A model generated the notes under the pieces. That model made no database searches and was not told the DNA's origin. It saw only the letters and a program-made list of their open reading frames with translations. A stretch of 64,000 nucleotides of DNA from Pseudomonadota bacterium. Lineage in GTDB: Bacteria > Pseudomonadota > Gammaproteobacteria > Pseudomonadales > Pseudomonadaceae. The DNA lies in contig JAZKHB010000015.1 in NCBI GenBank assembly GCA_040385585.1, forward strand, positions 2,545-66,544. The letters are read 5' to 3'. The position numbers and the translations under genes are program-made. Of the stretch, positions 37,116 to 46,382 are shown one piece after another (position 1 is the first letter of the stretch; each line of letters begins with the position of its first letter).

Positions 37116-37748
37116 TCACGCCGGCGCGCGACGTACCGTGGCCAGCAAGGCGGCCGCGGCGACGAACAGCACCGCGAAGCAGCGGTTCATCAGCCGCTGC
37201 TGGTGGGGCGCGCGTAGCACCCGCAGCACCCGCGAGGCCAGGCCGGTGTAACCGGCCATGACGATCAGGTCGACTGCCACCATGGTCGCGCCGATGATCA
37301 GGTACTGCTCCAGCAGCGGACGGTGCGGATCGATGAATTGCGGCAATACCGCCAGCATGAAGACCACCGCCTTGGGGTTGCTGGCGTTGACCAGAAAGCC
37401 GCGCAGCACCAGGGTCAGGGGCCGCCCCAAAGGCCGCTCCGCGGCCTGGTCGGCCAGGTCGCTGGGCAGCGCCCGCCACTGGACGATCGCCAGGTAGACC
37501 AGGTAGGCGACGCCGAACCACTTGATCAGGCTGAAGGCCAGCGCCGAAGTGGACAGCACCGCGCCCACCCCCGCCGCGACAATCGCGATTTGCAGGACCA
37601 GACCCAGCTGCAGGCCCAGGGCGTTCCAGTAACCGCGCCAGAAACCGTATTGCAGGCCGCAGGACATCGAGGCAATGGCCCCGGCACCGGGCGACAGGCT
37701 GATGACCCAGCACGCCAAAAAAAAAGCCAACCAGGTTTCAAGCGTCAT
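37116..37748 (-). CDS. LysE/RhtB-family amino-acid efflux protein
   Basis: MTLETWLAFFLACWVISLSPGAGAI... and the 210-aa, 6-TM pattern typical of LysE translocators. Confidence 0.85.
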   Translation of the reverse strand: MTLETWLAFFLACWVISLSPGAGAIASMSCGLQYGFWRGYWNALGLQLGLVLQIAIVAAGVGAVLSTSALAFSLIKWFGVAYLVYLAIVQWRALPSDLADQAAERPLGRPLTLVLRGFLVNASNPKAVVFMLAVLPQFIDPHRPLLEQYLIIGATMVAVDLIVMAGYTGLASRVLRVLRAPHQQRLMNRCFAVLFVAAAALLATVRRAPA

Positions 37749-37804
37749 GGCAGCACCTCAAGGGCTAGAACGGACGACATCACGACGGCAGCATAGCCCG
37801 CCCC

Positions 37805-38377
37805 CTAGCGATCCGGAAACAGCTGGCTGCCACGCCAACGGCGCACCGAGCGTTGGAAAAACAGATTATTGGGCACCTGGATGGTCGTCTCGCTGCCGCC
37901 CTCGTGCTGTTCCAGCAAGGTGGTGTAGAGCAGGTTGATGGCGATGACCCGGCCCTTGACCCCAGGCTTGTCGGTGGTGTCCACCAGTTCCACCACATCG
38001 CCGATCTGGAACGGACCCACGGTGAAGATCAGCACCGCGCAGAACAGGTTGGACAGCACGCTCCAGAGGGCGAAGAAGGCCACCGCGGCGACCGCGACAA
38101 AGCCGGAAAAGGCCGTCCACAGCACCATGGCGGACACGCCCAGGCGCTCCAGCACCAGCAGCAGCGCGCTGCCCATGATCAGCCAGCGCAGGCCGCCGCG
38201 CAGCGGAATGAGCAGCTGCGCCGGCAGGCCGTAGCGCTCGCCCAGGCGGCTGAGGCTGCGGGACACCAGGCGCTGCGCGAGGTAACCGAGCAGCAGGATC
38301 AGCAAGACCTGGCCGCCCAGCAGCAACGGCGCCAGCCAGCTCCCGGTAAAGGGTGACGTTAGATTCTGCCAGTCCAT
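37805..38377 (-). CDS. Small mechanosensitive-channel (MscS-like) family protein
   Basis: 190 aa. Three TM helices followed by PFQIGDVVELVD...GVKGRVIAINLLYTTL (MscS beta-domain signature). Confidence 0.75.
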   Translation of the reverse strand: MDWQNLTSPFTGSWLAPLLLGGQVLLILLLGYLAQRLVSRSLSRLGERYGLPAQLLIPLRGGLRWLIMGSALLLVLERLGVSAMVLWTAFSGFVAVAAVAFFALWSVLSNLFCAVLIFTVGPFQIGDVVELVDTTDKPGVKGRVIAINLLYTTLLEQHEGGSETTIQVPNNLFFQRSVRRWRGSQLFPDR

Positions 38378-38379
38378 GA

Positions 38380-40290
38380 TCAGGACAAGGCCTCGAGTTC
38401 CTGCTGCATGCGCTCGAGCTCTTCCAGCGCGCCCAGCCAGGCCTCCTCCAGCTCGCCCTCGCGGACCTTGAGGCGAGCCTGCTCGGCCAGCTGGATGCGC
38501 AGCTCGTCCTTGCGCGCGGCCTCGTAGATCGTGCTGTCGCCCAGGCGGGCCTCGACCTCGGCCAGGGCCGTGTGCAGGCTGCCCAGCTCGCGCTCCAGGC
38601 GGTCGGCCTCGCGCTTGTGCGGTGCCAGCTGCTGACGCAGCACCGCGGCGGCCTGGCGCTGGGCCTTTTTGTCGGTCTTGTCGACCGCCGCTCCGGCGAC
38701 GGCCACCGGCGCGTGGCGCACCCGGTAGTCGAGCAGCCAGCGGGCGTAGTCTTCCAGATCGCCGTCGAAGTCCTGAATCACCCCGTCGGCCACCAGCAGA
38801 AACTCGTCCGTGGTGCTTTTCAGCAGGTGCCGGTCGTGGGACACCACCAGTACCGCGCCAGCGAATTCCTGCAACGCCATGGTCAGGGCCAGGCGCATTT
38901 CCAGGTCCAGGTGGTTGGTCGGCTCATCGAGCAGCAGCAGGTTGGGCTTGCCCCAGGCGATCAGGGCCAGGGCCAGGCGGGCCTTTTCGCCGCCGGAGAA
39001 ATTCAGCACCGGCTCGTCCAGGCGCGCGCCGCGGAAATCGAAGCCGCCGAGAAAATCGCGCAGGGCCTGTTCGCGCTCGGTGGGTGCCAGGCGCTGCAGG
39101 TGCAAGAGCGGACTGGCCTTGGCATCCAGGGAGTCCAGCTGGTGCTGGGCGAAATAGCCCACCACCAGATTCTCGCCGCGCACCAGGCGCCCGCTCAGGG
39201 GTTGCAGCTCGCCGGACAGGGTCTTGATCAGGGTCGATTTGCCGGCGCCGTTGGGGCCCAGCAGACCGATGCGCGCACCGGGGGTCAGCTGCAGCTTGAC
39301 CTTCTCCAGCACGGCGCGCTCGCCATAGCCCAGACGGCCGTCGGAGAGATCCAGCAGCGGGCTGGAAATCTTGTCCGCCTCGCGGAAAGTGAAGTCGAAG
39401 GGCGAGTCGACATGGGCCGCCGACAGCTCTTCCATGCGCTCCAGGGCCTTGATCCGGCTCTGGGCCTGGCGCGCCTTGGTCGCCTGGGCCTTGAACCGGG
39501 CGATGTATTTTTCCATATGCGCGCGCTGCGCCTGCTGCTTGTCGTAAGCCTGCTGCTGCTGGGCCAGGCGTTCGGCCCGGGCCCGCTCGAAGGCCGAGTA
39601 ACCGCCGCGGTAGAGCGTCAGCCGACGCTGGTCCAGGTGCACGATATGGTCGACCACGGCATCGAGAAAATCGCGGTCGTGGGAGATCAGGATCAGGGTG
39701 CCGGGATAGCTCTTGAGCCAGTCCTCCAGCCAGAGGATGGCATCCAGGTCCAGGTGGTTGGTCGGCTCATCGAGCAGCAGCAGGTCCGAGGGACACATCA
39801 GTGCCTGGGCCAGGTTCAGGCGCATGCGCCAGCCACCGGAAAAGTCGCCGACCGGCTTGTCCATCTGCTCGTTGCTGAAACCCAGGCCGGCCAGCAGCTT
39901 GCGCGCCCGGGCGTCGGCGCTGTAGCCGTCGGCGCTGTCCAGTTCCGCATGCAGGCGGGCCAGGGCATTGCCGTCGTGGGCCGCTTCCGCGGCAACCAAC
40001 GCGTGCTGCACCTCGCGCAGGCGCACGTCGCCGTCCAGCACATAGTCCACGGCTATTCGTTCGAGGGTTTCGATCTCCTGGCGCATATGGGCGATGCGCC
40101 AGTCGGCGGGCAACAGGCAGTCGCCGGCATCCGGGGTCATGTCCCCCAGCAGCAGGGCGAACAGGGTCGACTTGCCGGCGCCATTGGCGCCGATCAGGCC
40201 GGCTTTCTGGCCGGGGTGCAGGGTCAGCTCGGCGTCTTCTAGCAGACGTTGCGGGCCACGCTGTAAAGTCAGGTTTAGAAGTCGGATCAT
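38380..40290 (-). CDS. ABC-F family ATPase (YheS-like, two ABC domains plus C-terminal coiled coil)
   Basis: MIRLLNLTLQRG...; two Walker A sites (GANGAGKST, GPNGAGKST) and two LSGG signatures (FSGGWRMR, FSGGEKAR). The track ORF has 67 extra N-terminal aa. Confidence 0.9.
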   Translation of the reverse strand: MIRLLNLTLQRGPQRLLEDAELTLHPGQKAGLIGANGAGKSTLFALLLGDMTPDAGDCLLPADWRIAHMRQEIETLERIAVDYVLDGDVRLREVQHALVAAEAAHDGNALARLHAELDSADGYSADARARKLLAGLGFSNEQMDKPVGDFSGGWRMRLNLAQALMCPSDLLLLDEPTNHLDLDAILWLEDWLKSYPGTLILISHDRDFLDAVVDHIVHLDQRRLTLYRGGYSAFERARAERLAQQQQAYDKQQAQRAHMEKYIARFKAQATKARQAQSRIKALERMEELSAAHVDSPFDFTFREADKISSPLLDLSDGRLGYGERAVLEKVKLQLTPGARIGLLGPNGAGKSTLIKTLSGELQPLSGRLVRGENLVVGYFAQHQLDSLDAKASPLLHLQRLAPTEREQALRDFLGGFDFRGARLDEPVLNFSGGEKARLALALIAWGKPNLLLLDEPTNHLDLEMRLALTMALQEFAGAVLVVSHDRHLLKSTTDEFLLVADGVIQDFDGDLEDYARWLLDYRVRHAPVAVAGAAVDKTDKKAQRQAAAVLRQQLAPHKREADRLERELGSLHTALAEVEARLGDSTIYEAARKDELRIQLAEQARLKVREGELEEAWLGALEELERMQQELEALS

Positions 40291-40340
40291 AATGGCGGCG
40301 GAGTCTACCAGCTTCCCCTGCCCCTCGCCCGGATAGCACC

Positions 40341-40811
40341 ATGCCCAGTGACCTTTGGCGATTCGCCCAGACCCTCTATGCCCAGCCGGGCGTGGAAGAC
40401 GCCTGCCTGCGACTGCAGGCGGGCGGCGCCGATGTCTGCCTGCTGCTGTGCGGCGCCTGGCTGGAGCGGCGCGACGCCGGCTGCGACGCACAGCGCCTGG
40501 CGCTGCTGCAGGCCCTGGCCGCTCCCTGGCAGGCCGAGGTGGTCGCCCCCCTGCGCCGGTTGCGTCAAGGCTGGCGCAACCCGGCTGCCAGCGACCCGCA
40601 GCTCAAACGCCTGCGTGAGCAGATCAAAGGACTTGAACTGGAGGCGGAACAGCGGCTGCTGCAACGCTTGGAAGCCGCGACCCGGAGCTGGCCCGAGCGC
40701 GGCGAAGCCGTTGAAGGCGAATCGCCAGGCGCCTGGCTGGAAGGCCTGGCGCCCGGCGTGGACGACGAGGCGCTGCGGGTGCTGCGCGCCGCCGCCCTGG
40801 CCTCGACCTAG
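40341..40811 (+). CDS. TIGR02444-like conserved hypothetical protein
   Basis: MPSDLWRFAQTLYAQPGVEDACLRLQAGGADVCLLLCGAWLE... matches my memory of this family, which sits next to the ABC-F gene in pseudomonads. Confidence 0.6.
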   Translation: MPSDLWRFAQTLYAQPGVEDACLRLQAGGADVCLLLCGAWLERRDAGCDAQRLALLQALAAPWQAEVVAPLRRLRQGWRNPAASDPQLKRLREQIKGLELEAEQRLLQRLEAATRSWPERGEAVEGESPGAWLEGLAPGVDDEALRVLRAAALAST

Positions 40812-41833
40812 ACCGCGCCGGTCGGCGCGGGCGTAGTCTCGGCAGCGGGGGTAGCCGGCGTCACCGAGGCGGCAGGCTTGGCTTGGGCCACTGCGGCAGG
40901 CTTCTTCACCGCGGGCTTGGCTGCCGCTTTTTCGGCAGGCTTGGCGGCCGGCTTGGCGGCCGGCTTGGCCGCCGGTTTTGCGGCGGTTTTAGCCGCAGGC
41001 GTGACCGCGCTGGCGGCAGGCTTTTTCGCGGCGGGCTTGGCGGCTGCTTTCTCGGGCGCCTTGGCCGCCAGCGTCGAGGCTGCTTTGGCTGCGGGCTTGG
41101 CCGCAGCCTTGGCAACAGGCGGCTTCTTCACGGCGGCCTTGGCGACTGCTTTCTCGGTCGCCTTGGCTGCCGGCGTCGAGGCTGCTTTGGCTGCAGGCTT
41201 GGCCGGGGCCTTGGCAACAGGCGGCTTCTTCACGGCGGCCTTGGCTGCAGCGGGTTTCGCCGCGGCCGGTGTGGTCGATGCAGCGGCTTTGCTGACCGGC
41301 TTGGCGGCGGGCTTGCGGACCGGCTTGGCCGCACCCTCAGGCGCCTTGGCGGTTTCAGTGGCCTTGCTCGCGGTTTTTCTCGGCGCAGCAGCGGGCTTGG
41401 TAGCGGGCGCTGGCTTGGTCGAGGCCTTGCTTAACCGGGTCTCGAGCGCCTTGCCGGCGGCCTCTTTCACCCGACTTACGCCTTGAGCCAGCTTCAGGCT
41501 GTCCTGGGCATCGCGCTTGAGCTGCTGGATATAATCACGGGTCTCGGTCTGCCGGGTCTTGAGTCCGTCGAGCAAGGCTTCAAGTTCGGCTACCGCAGCC
41601 TTGGCCTTGGCCTGCGCTTTGGCCTTGCCGGCCTGGGCCGCGTCCTGCAGTTTGCCGCGGGTTCTGTGCAGTTTGTCCTGAGCCTTGCCGCGCTGTTTTT
41701 CCAGCTTGGCCAGGAGCTTTTCGGCCTCCGCCTGGGCCTGGGCACAGGCGCTTTCCAGGTGTGCGAGCAAACTGTGGGACAGCTGCTGCAACAGGTGCAG
41801 CGGGGTGGTAACCGCTTTTTTGGTGGCCGGCAT
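40808..41833 (-). CDS. algP: Alginate regulatory protein AlgP (histone-H1-like, KPAA repeats)
   Basis: MPATKKAVTTPLHLLQQLSHSLLAHLE...LLAKLEKQRGKAQDKLH, then a long AAKPAAKP repeat tail. Start at ATG 41833. Confidence 0.92.
   Translation of the reverse strand: MPATKKAVTTPLHLLQQLSHSLLAHLESACAQAQAEAEKLLAKLEKQRGKAQDKLHRTRGKLQDAAQAGKAKAQAKAKAAVAELEALLDGLKTRQTETRDYIQQLKRDAQDSLKLAQGVSRVKEAAGKALETRLSKASTKPAPATKPAAAPRKTASKATETAKAPEGAAKPVRKPAAKPVSKAAASTTPAAAKPAAAKAAVKKPPVAKAPAKPAAKAASTPAAKATEKAVAKAAVKKPPVAKAAAKPAAKAASTLAAKAPEKAAAKPAAKKPAASAVTPAAKTAAKPAAKPAAKPAAKPAEKAAAKPAVKKPAAVAQAKPAASVTPATPAAETTPAPTGAV
41044..41247. repeat. 102-bp tandem duplication inside algP (2 copies)
   Basis: CTGCTTTCTCGG... 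recurs at 41044 and 41146, and CCTTGGCAACAGGCGGCTTCTTCACGGCGGCCTTGGC at 41107 and 41209. Encodes AAVKKPPVAKA.AKPAAKAAST.AAKA.EKA.AK twice. Confidence 0.8.
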
Positions 41834-42193
41834 AATGCGTCTCCTGACGGACATGGGGACGCCCATACTAGACGCCTGACTCGGCGGTCGCCACCCCGAC
41901 AATATCACCGGGTGCCATCACGCGTGTAATACCGCGGTCTAGGCCCGAAGCGCATCCAGATACTGTTCGAAGGTGCGAGGCCGTAAGAGGCTCGAGGAGC
42001 CGCGCGTGGCTGCAGAGCCCGCGCTAACGGCGGTGTGCAGGTGGGTGGGCTGGCAGGTAACGGGGCAGACGAGAGATGCCATGGGCGTGGACGATGTGAT
42101 CGGCGCTGAATGCGCACTCGGCGTTCGAACGGGAGCGGCTCGCCATCGCTGAGGTCCTGAACGGGCAGGACCTCAAAGCCTGGAGGCGGCGGT

Positions 42194-42667
42194 TTAAACC
42201 GTCGCGACTGCGGCCTGCTGGTGAGCGTTGTGCAGCACCTCGATCAGGCAGTCTTCCAGCTCGAAACGCTCGTGCAGCAATTGCCCCAGACGTTTGAGCT
42301 CGACCCCCAAAGACGCGCTGTCGCGATTGCTCGGGGTGTCGCAGCGGTCGTTGAAGGCAAGCGCCACCTCGGTGATCGCCTCGATGCGCGGGTAGATCTG
42401 CTTGGCCAGTTCCAGGCCGCGTTGATCGCCGAAGGCCTTGGCTTCGCTGGTCAACTGTTCGTAGACCTCGAAATGCCCGGCCGACACATAGTCGAGCAGG
42501 ATCTCGCAGAATTTCTGCAGCTCGGGGGTATCGGCCGATGGGGCCGTGGAGGCGTCATTGAGCACGTCGTAGGCGCGAACCAGTTCGTGACGTTCCAGCA
42601 ACCAGCGGTCGATCAACTGGTGGACGCCACCCCAACGTTCCTGGGCGTTCTGACAACTCTCGAGCAT
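42194..42667 (-). CDS. algQ: Anti-sigma-70 regulator Rsd/AlgQ
   Basis: [30 protein letters not shown]...[16 protein letters not shown]. Start at ATG 42667. Confidence 0.92.
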   Translation of the reverse strand: MLESCQNAQERWGGVHQLIDRWLLERHELVRAYDVLNDASTAPSADTPELQKFCEILLDYVSAGHFEVYEQLTSEAKAFGDQRGLELAKQIYPRIEAITEVALAFNDRCDTPSNRDSASLGVELKRLGQLLHERFELEDCLIEVLHNAHQQAAVATV

Positions 42668-42848
42668 GATGACCTCGTTTCCCTTATCGATGATGCTGTT
42701 TACGTCCACTGCGAGACGGTTTTTATCAGACCATACCTGGTCTGGGGAAGGGCCTGCCGAAACGGCATCTTTGAACCAAACAGATGGCCAGATTATGCCC
42801 GCCTGGCATCCCCTTCAAGCGCCTCGCTGAAAAAATTCATACGAGCGT

Positions 42849-43400
42849 TTAATCGGCAAGGCCCGAACGCACTGGCTTGAAGAAGCTCAAGGTCACATCG
42901 CCCAACCCCACGCCCCACTTGGACATGTGCGCACGGTTGAGCATTACACCGTCGTCCAGCAGGTACATCCAGTCATCGAAATCGACCAGGTAGGTGGCGT
43001 CATCGACCCTGAGCCGCAGGACATAGCGCCAATGCAGGGCATTGCCGGCCACCTCGCCGATGGCCTCGCCCACCACATCGTCGGCGGTGCCGCGCCACGT
43101 GCCGTCGGCCTGGCGCTTCAGGGTCCAGACGCGGCGCTCGGTGGTGCCGTCGCTGTAGGTGAAGCGCTCATCCAGCACGCCGTGATCGTCATCCTGCCAC
43201 GTGCCGGTCATGACCACCTGGAAACGTTTGACCACCTCGCCCGAGCGGTTCTGGAACATGCCCCAGGCCTGAAGCTCGCCCTTGAAATAGTCGGCCAGCT
43301 CCAGACGCGGTTGCTCGGCGGCATAGTGCTCGATGGCGGGCCCGCTGCAGCCCACCAGCATCAGGGTGAGCAGCAGGCCGGCGGTACGCAGCAATCTCAT
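42849..43400 (-). CDS. DUF3833-like lipoprotein
   Basis: Lipobox LTLMLVGC, then LADYFKGELQAWGMFQNRSGEVVKRFQVVMTGTW. 4-nt gap to dsbB. Confidence 0.6.
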   Translation of the reverse strand: MRLLRTAGLLLTLMLVGCSGPAIEHYAAEQPRLELADYFKGELQAWGMFQNRSGEVVKRFQVVMTGTWQDDDHGVLDERFTYSDGTTERRVWTLKRQADGTWRGTADDVVGEAIGEVAGNALHWRYVLRLRVDDATYLVDFDDWMYLLDDGVMLNRAHMSKWGVGLGDVTLSFFKPVRSGLAD

Positions 43401-43404
43401 CGCC

Positions 43405-43899
43405 TCAGCCCCGGCGCAGCAACTGGAACAGCCCGAATACCAGCATGCCGACGAACGCCAGCAGGCTCCACTCGGGAATGCTCATGCTCAGAAAGGTCCA
43501 GTTGACCTCGGCGCAGTCGGCGGACCCGTGCAAAACAGTGCCGATAATCTCCAACAGCGGCTGACCCGACTCCAGCATGTAGTCCAGGCCCGGCAGACAG
43601 GCCGGCAGCTGATCGGCCGGAATATTCTGCAACCAGACCTGACGCCCGGCGGTGGCCGCTCCGCCTGCGGCCATGAGCAAGGCCAATACGGCATAGACAC
43701 GCCGACCGCCGCGAGCCGGGTTATGCAAGGCCGCCACCAGACAGATCACACCGAAGGCCACGAAGAAAGCGCGCTGCACCATGCACAGCGGGCAGGGCTC
43801 GAGCCCCACCCCGTACTGCAGGTAGAAACCCACGCCCATCAAGGCGACGCTGGTGAGAAAGGCGAGAAAAAACAGCGAACGCGTGCTGGCCAGCGGCAT
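43405..43899 (-). CDS. dsbB: Disulfide bond formation protein B
   Basis: 164 aa, 4 TM; CPLC motif (LEPCPLCMVQR) and a second Cys pair (PACLPG...SADC). Confidence 0.92.
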   Translation of the reverse strand: MPLASTRSLFFLAFLTSVALMGVGFYLQYGVGLEPCPLCMVQRAFFVAFGVICLVAALHNPARGGRRVYAVLALLMAAGGAATAGRQVWLQNIPADQLPACLPGLDYMLESGQPLLEIIGTVLHGSADCAEVNWTFLSMSIPEWSLLAFVGMLVFGLFQLLRRG

Positions 43900-44028
43900 A
43901 ACGGTTCCGAAGGAGACTGGGAAGGTTCGCTACGGTAGTGGAAAGCACCCGCCGCTTTCAAGGCGCCTGACCGGATAGAACACCGCCAGTCGCCACCCAG
44001 CGCATCCGGCGCCGGGTTCAGCGGACGC

Positions 44029-45270
44029 TCAGAGGTCGGCCCGGGCCGGTTGCGGCAAGCCGGGCAAGGCCTGGTCGAGCAGCTGCAGGCCTTCCTGGAA
44101 CAAGGCGTTGCTGCGCTCCATGTCCCCCAGGCGGGCCAGCAGGCGGGCCAGCTCGGCGCAGGCTTCGGCGCTGCGATTAAAGCGCAGGCTGGCCTCGAAA
44201 TATTCCCGCGCCTTGCCCCACAGCTGGTTGAGCAGGCACAGGCGCCCCAGGGTCAGCAGCAGCACCGGGTCCTGAGCATGGGCCTTGAGCCAGACTTCAG
44301 CGGCCTGTAGCTGCCGCGCGGGGTCGCTGCCACGGACCCGGCCGTAGAGGTAGACCAGGCGCGCGTCATAGTGACGCTTGATCGCCGCCTGCAACACCGT
44401 CTCGGCCTGCTCCGGCTCGCCCAGCAGGCGAAGTTGCTCGGCATAGGGTTGCACCAGCTCGGGCGCGTGGCGCAGCGCGGAGGGTATCCGCTGCCATTGC
44501 TCGGTCAACGGCTGCAAGGCCGCTTCACCCTGATTCAGGCCCTGCTGACCGGCCTGCTGCACCGCCGCCGCCCAGGCGCCGCGCTCCAGTTCACCAAGCT
44601 CGGCTTCGCCGAGGACCTTGTATTTGCGCAGCGCCGGCAACAGCCTGCACAGCCCCGACCACTCCTGCCGCTGGGCATAGAGCTGCTGTTGCAGCCTGAG
44701 CACCTGGCGCTGGCGCGGCTGCTGACGGTGCAACGCTTCGAGGGTCTGCAGGGCCTCGGCCGAATGGCCGCGGTCCATCTGCAACTGGGCCTGGGTCAGA
44801 CCAATGGCCACTTCGGCCGTGGGCTCGAGAATCCGCGCCTGCTCCAGCAGTTCGTTGCTCTGCTCGACTTCACCCAGCTCGCTGGCCGCCCGGGCGGCGC
44901 CGAGGTAGTACACCAGCGGCTGCGGATCGGCCTGCGCGGCCCGACGCAGATGACGCAGGGCCGACGCCCATTGCCCCTCGGCCAGGTCACGCAAACCATG
45001 ATGGGCCGCCACGCGCGCGCGCCGGTTGCGGTGACGCCGCGACCAGGGGTTGACCCAGCCACCCGAGGCGCCGAGCACACGCACCAGCAGGCGCACCCCA
45101 TAGATCAGCAACCCCAACAACAGCACCAGGGCCAGGGCGACCCAGAGGCTGGACTCGTAGCGAAAGCCCTTGTAGGCGATCAGTACATAGCCGGACTGTT
45201 CGGCGATGGCCAAACCCAGCAGCGTCGTGGCGGCGATCACCGCCAGCAGGATCAGGAAGACGCGCATCAT
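44029..45270 (-). CDS. hemY: HemY-like heme-biosynthesis-associated TPR protein
   Basis: 413 aa. N-terminal two-TM MMRVFLILLAVIAATTLLGLAIAEQSGYVLIAY, TPR-like C-terminus. Sits at the hemCDXY operon position and overlaps hemX by 4 nt. Confidence 0.85.
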   Translation of the reverse strand: MMRVFLILLAVIAATTLLGLAIAEQSGYVLIAYKGFRYESSLWVALALVLLLGLLIYGVRLLVRVLGASGGWVNPWSRRHRNRRARVAAHHGLRDLAEGQWASALRHLRRAAQADPQPLVYYLGAARAASELGEVEQSNELLEQARILEPTAEVAIGLTQAQLQMDRGHSAEALQTLEALHRQQPRQRQVLRLQQQLYAQRQEWSGLCRLLPALRKYKVLGEAELGELERGAWAAAVQQAGQQGLNQGEAALQPLTEQWQRIPSALRHAPELVQPYAEQLRLLGEPEQAETVLQAAIKRHYDARLVYLYGRVRGSDPARQLQAAEVWLKAHAQDPVLLLTLGRLCLLNQLWGKAREYFEASLRFNRSAEACAELARLLARLGDMERSNALFQEGLQLLDQALPGLPQPARADL

Positions 45271-46382
45271 GGGCGGCTGTCCTCCGCGTCCAGCGCCGGT
45301 TCTGGCTCGGAAGACGTTTCGCGGCGCTGCAGATAGGCCTGCACGGCACTCAGCGCGGGGGCGAGGTCCGGGGCGTCGACCGCAACGGGCAACTCGCCCA
45401 GCTCGTCCAGGCGCGTCCCCAGGGCACGGACCTGCGGATTGCCCAGATCGAAATGCTCGCCCAACACCGAGCGGGCTTGCACCAGGGCCTGACGGTACAC
45501 CTGGGTCTCACCGTTGAGCACCGCCCACTGCGCCTGCTCCAGGGCCAGGCTCAGCGCCAGGCGCACCTGGCTCAGGCTCTGCCCGGTCAGCAGGGGCTGG
45601 ATGTTCTGCTCGGCATCGAAGTCGATGCGCACGAAACCCGATATCTGCTGCCACCAGCGCGCCCAACGCCCCTCGCTGACCGCGGCCTCTTCCTTAGCGA
45701 CGAAAGCCGGCGTGGCGGCATTCAACCCGGCAACCTGCTCGCGCAACGCACCGAGCTGGAGAAACAGCCCGGTACGGTCCGGCTGGTCGACGCTGCGCAG
45801 CGCCGCCAGGCTCCTGGCCAGCTGTTCACGGGCGGCGAAAGCCGCCGGATCGTCCTGATCGCGCAGAATTTGGTCGGCACCCTGCACCAGGGCTCGGGCG
45901 CTGTCGACGTCCTGCAGGGCAGACAGGCGCAGGCTGGCCAGACGCAGCAAATGCTCGGCTTCGGCCAGGCGCCAGGCCTGGCGACTGGCGCCCAGCACGC
46001 CTTCCAGACGTTGATTGAGGCGTTGTTGGTCGCTCTGCAGGTCACCGAGCAACCGCCGGCGATCGGCCAGCTCCTCGGCCGAAGGCAACTGCGCCAGACG
46101 CGCGTCAAGGCGCTGCCCGCTGGCACTCAGGGTGCGGGTCTGCGCGCGAACCGCCTCCAGCTCACCGAGCTGTTGCCGCTCGCCCATTTCCAGGCCACGT
46201 AGTTGCCAAGCGGCCCAGCCCGCCAGCGCCAGGGCAGCGGCACCCAACACCAGGGCCAGCAACGCCAGGCCCGTGCCCCGGGCTTTGACCGGCGTGGCTG
46301 CCGGCGGCGTGGTGGGGGTGACGGGAGGTGGAAGGGGTGCATCGAGTACGGGTCGGGCATCGCCGGGGGTTGCTTCGCTCAC
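45267..46382 (-). CDS. hemX: HemX-like protein (annotated uroporphyrinogen-III C-methyltransferase family)
   Basis: 371 aa. Pro-rich N-terminus, one TM (GLALLALVLGAAALALAGWAAW), coiled-coil body. Sits at the operon position between hemD and hemY. Confidence 0.8.
   Translation of the reverse strand: MSEATPGDARPVLDAPLPPPVTPTTPPAATPVKARGTGLALLALVLGAAALALAGWAAWQLRGLEMGERQQLGELEAVRAQTRTLSASGQRLDARLAQLPSAEELADRRRLLGDLQSDQQRLNQRLEGVLGASRQAWRLAEAEHLLRLASLRLSALQDVDSARALVQGADQILRDQDDPAAFAAREQLARSLAALRSVDQPDRTGLFLQLGALREQVAGLNAATPAFVAKEEAAVSEGRWARWWQQISGFVRIDFDAEQNIQPLLTGQSLSQVRLALSLALEQAQWAVLNGETQVYRQALVQARSVLGEHFDLGNPQVRALGTRLDELGELPVAVDAPDLAPALSAVQAYLQRRETSSEPEPALDAEDSRP

Noticed and set aside
40348-40836. 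Alternative-frame ORFs (40348-40836 and 40355-40618) overlapping the TIGR02444-like gene
   Set aside because: Their Arg/Pro/Ala-rich translations have no family resemblance. Only the 40341 frame gives the conserved LWRFA...ADVCLLLCGAWLE pattern.
40820-41400. Highly repetitive DNA that could be mistaken for a CRISPR array or non-coding VNTR
   Set aside because: The repeats are in frame and encode the KPAA/AAKP tail of AlgP. There is no repeat-spacer organisation.
41905-42117. 70-aa ORF in the algP-algQ intergenic region
   Set aside because: Pro/Arg/Ala-rich composition, no RBS and no recognisable family, so it is probably a chance ORF. The nearby hairpin GAGGTCCTG-6nt-CAGGACCTC (~42150-42173) lacks a T-tract, so I did not call it as a terminator either.
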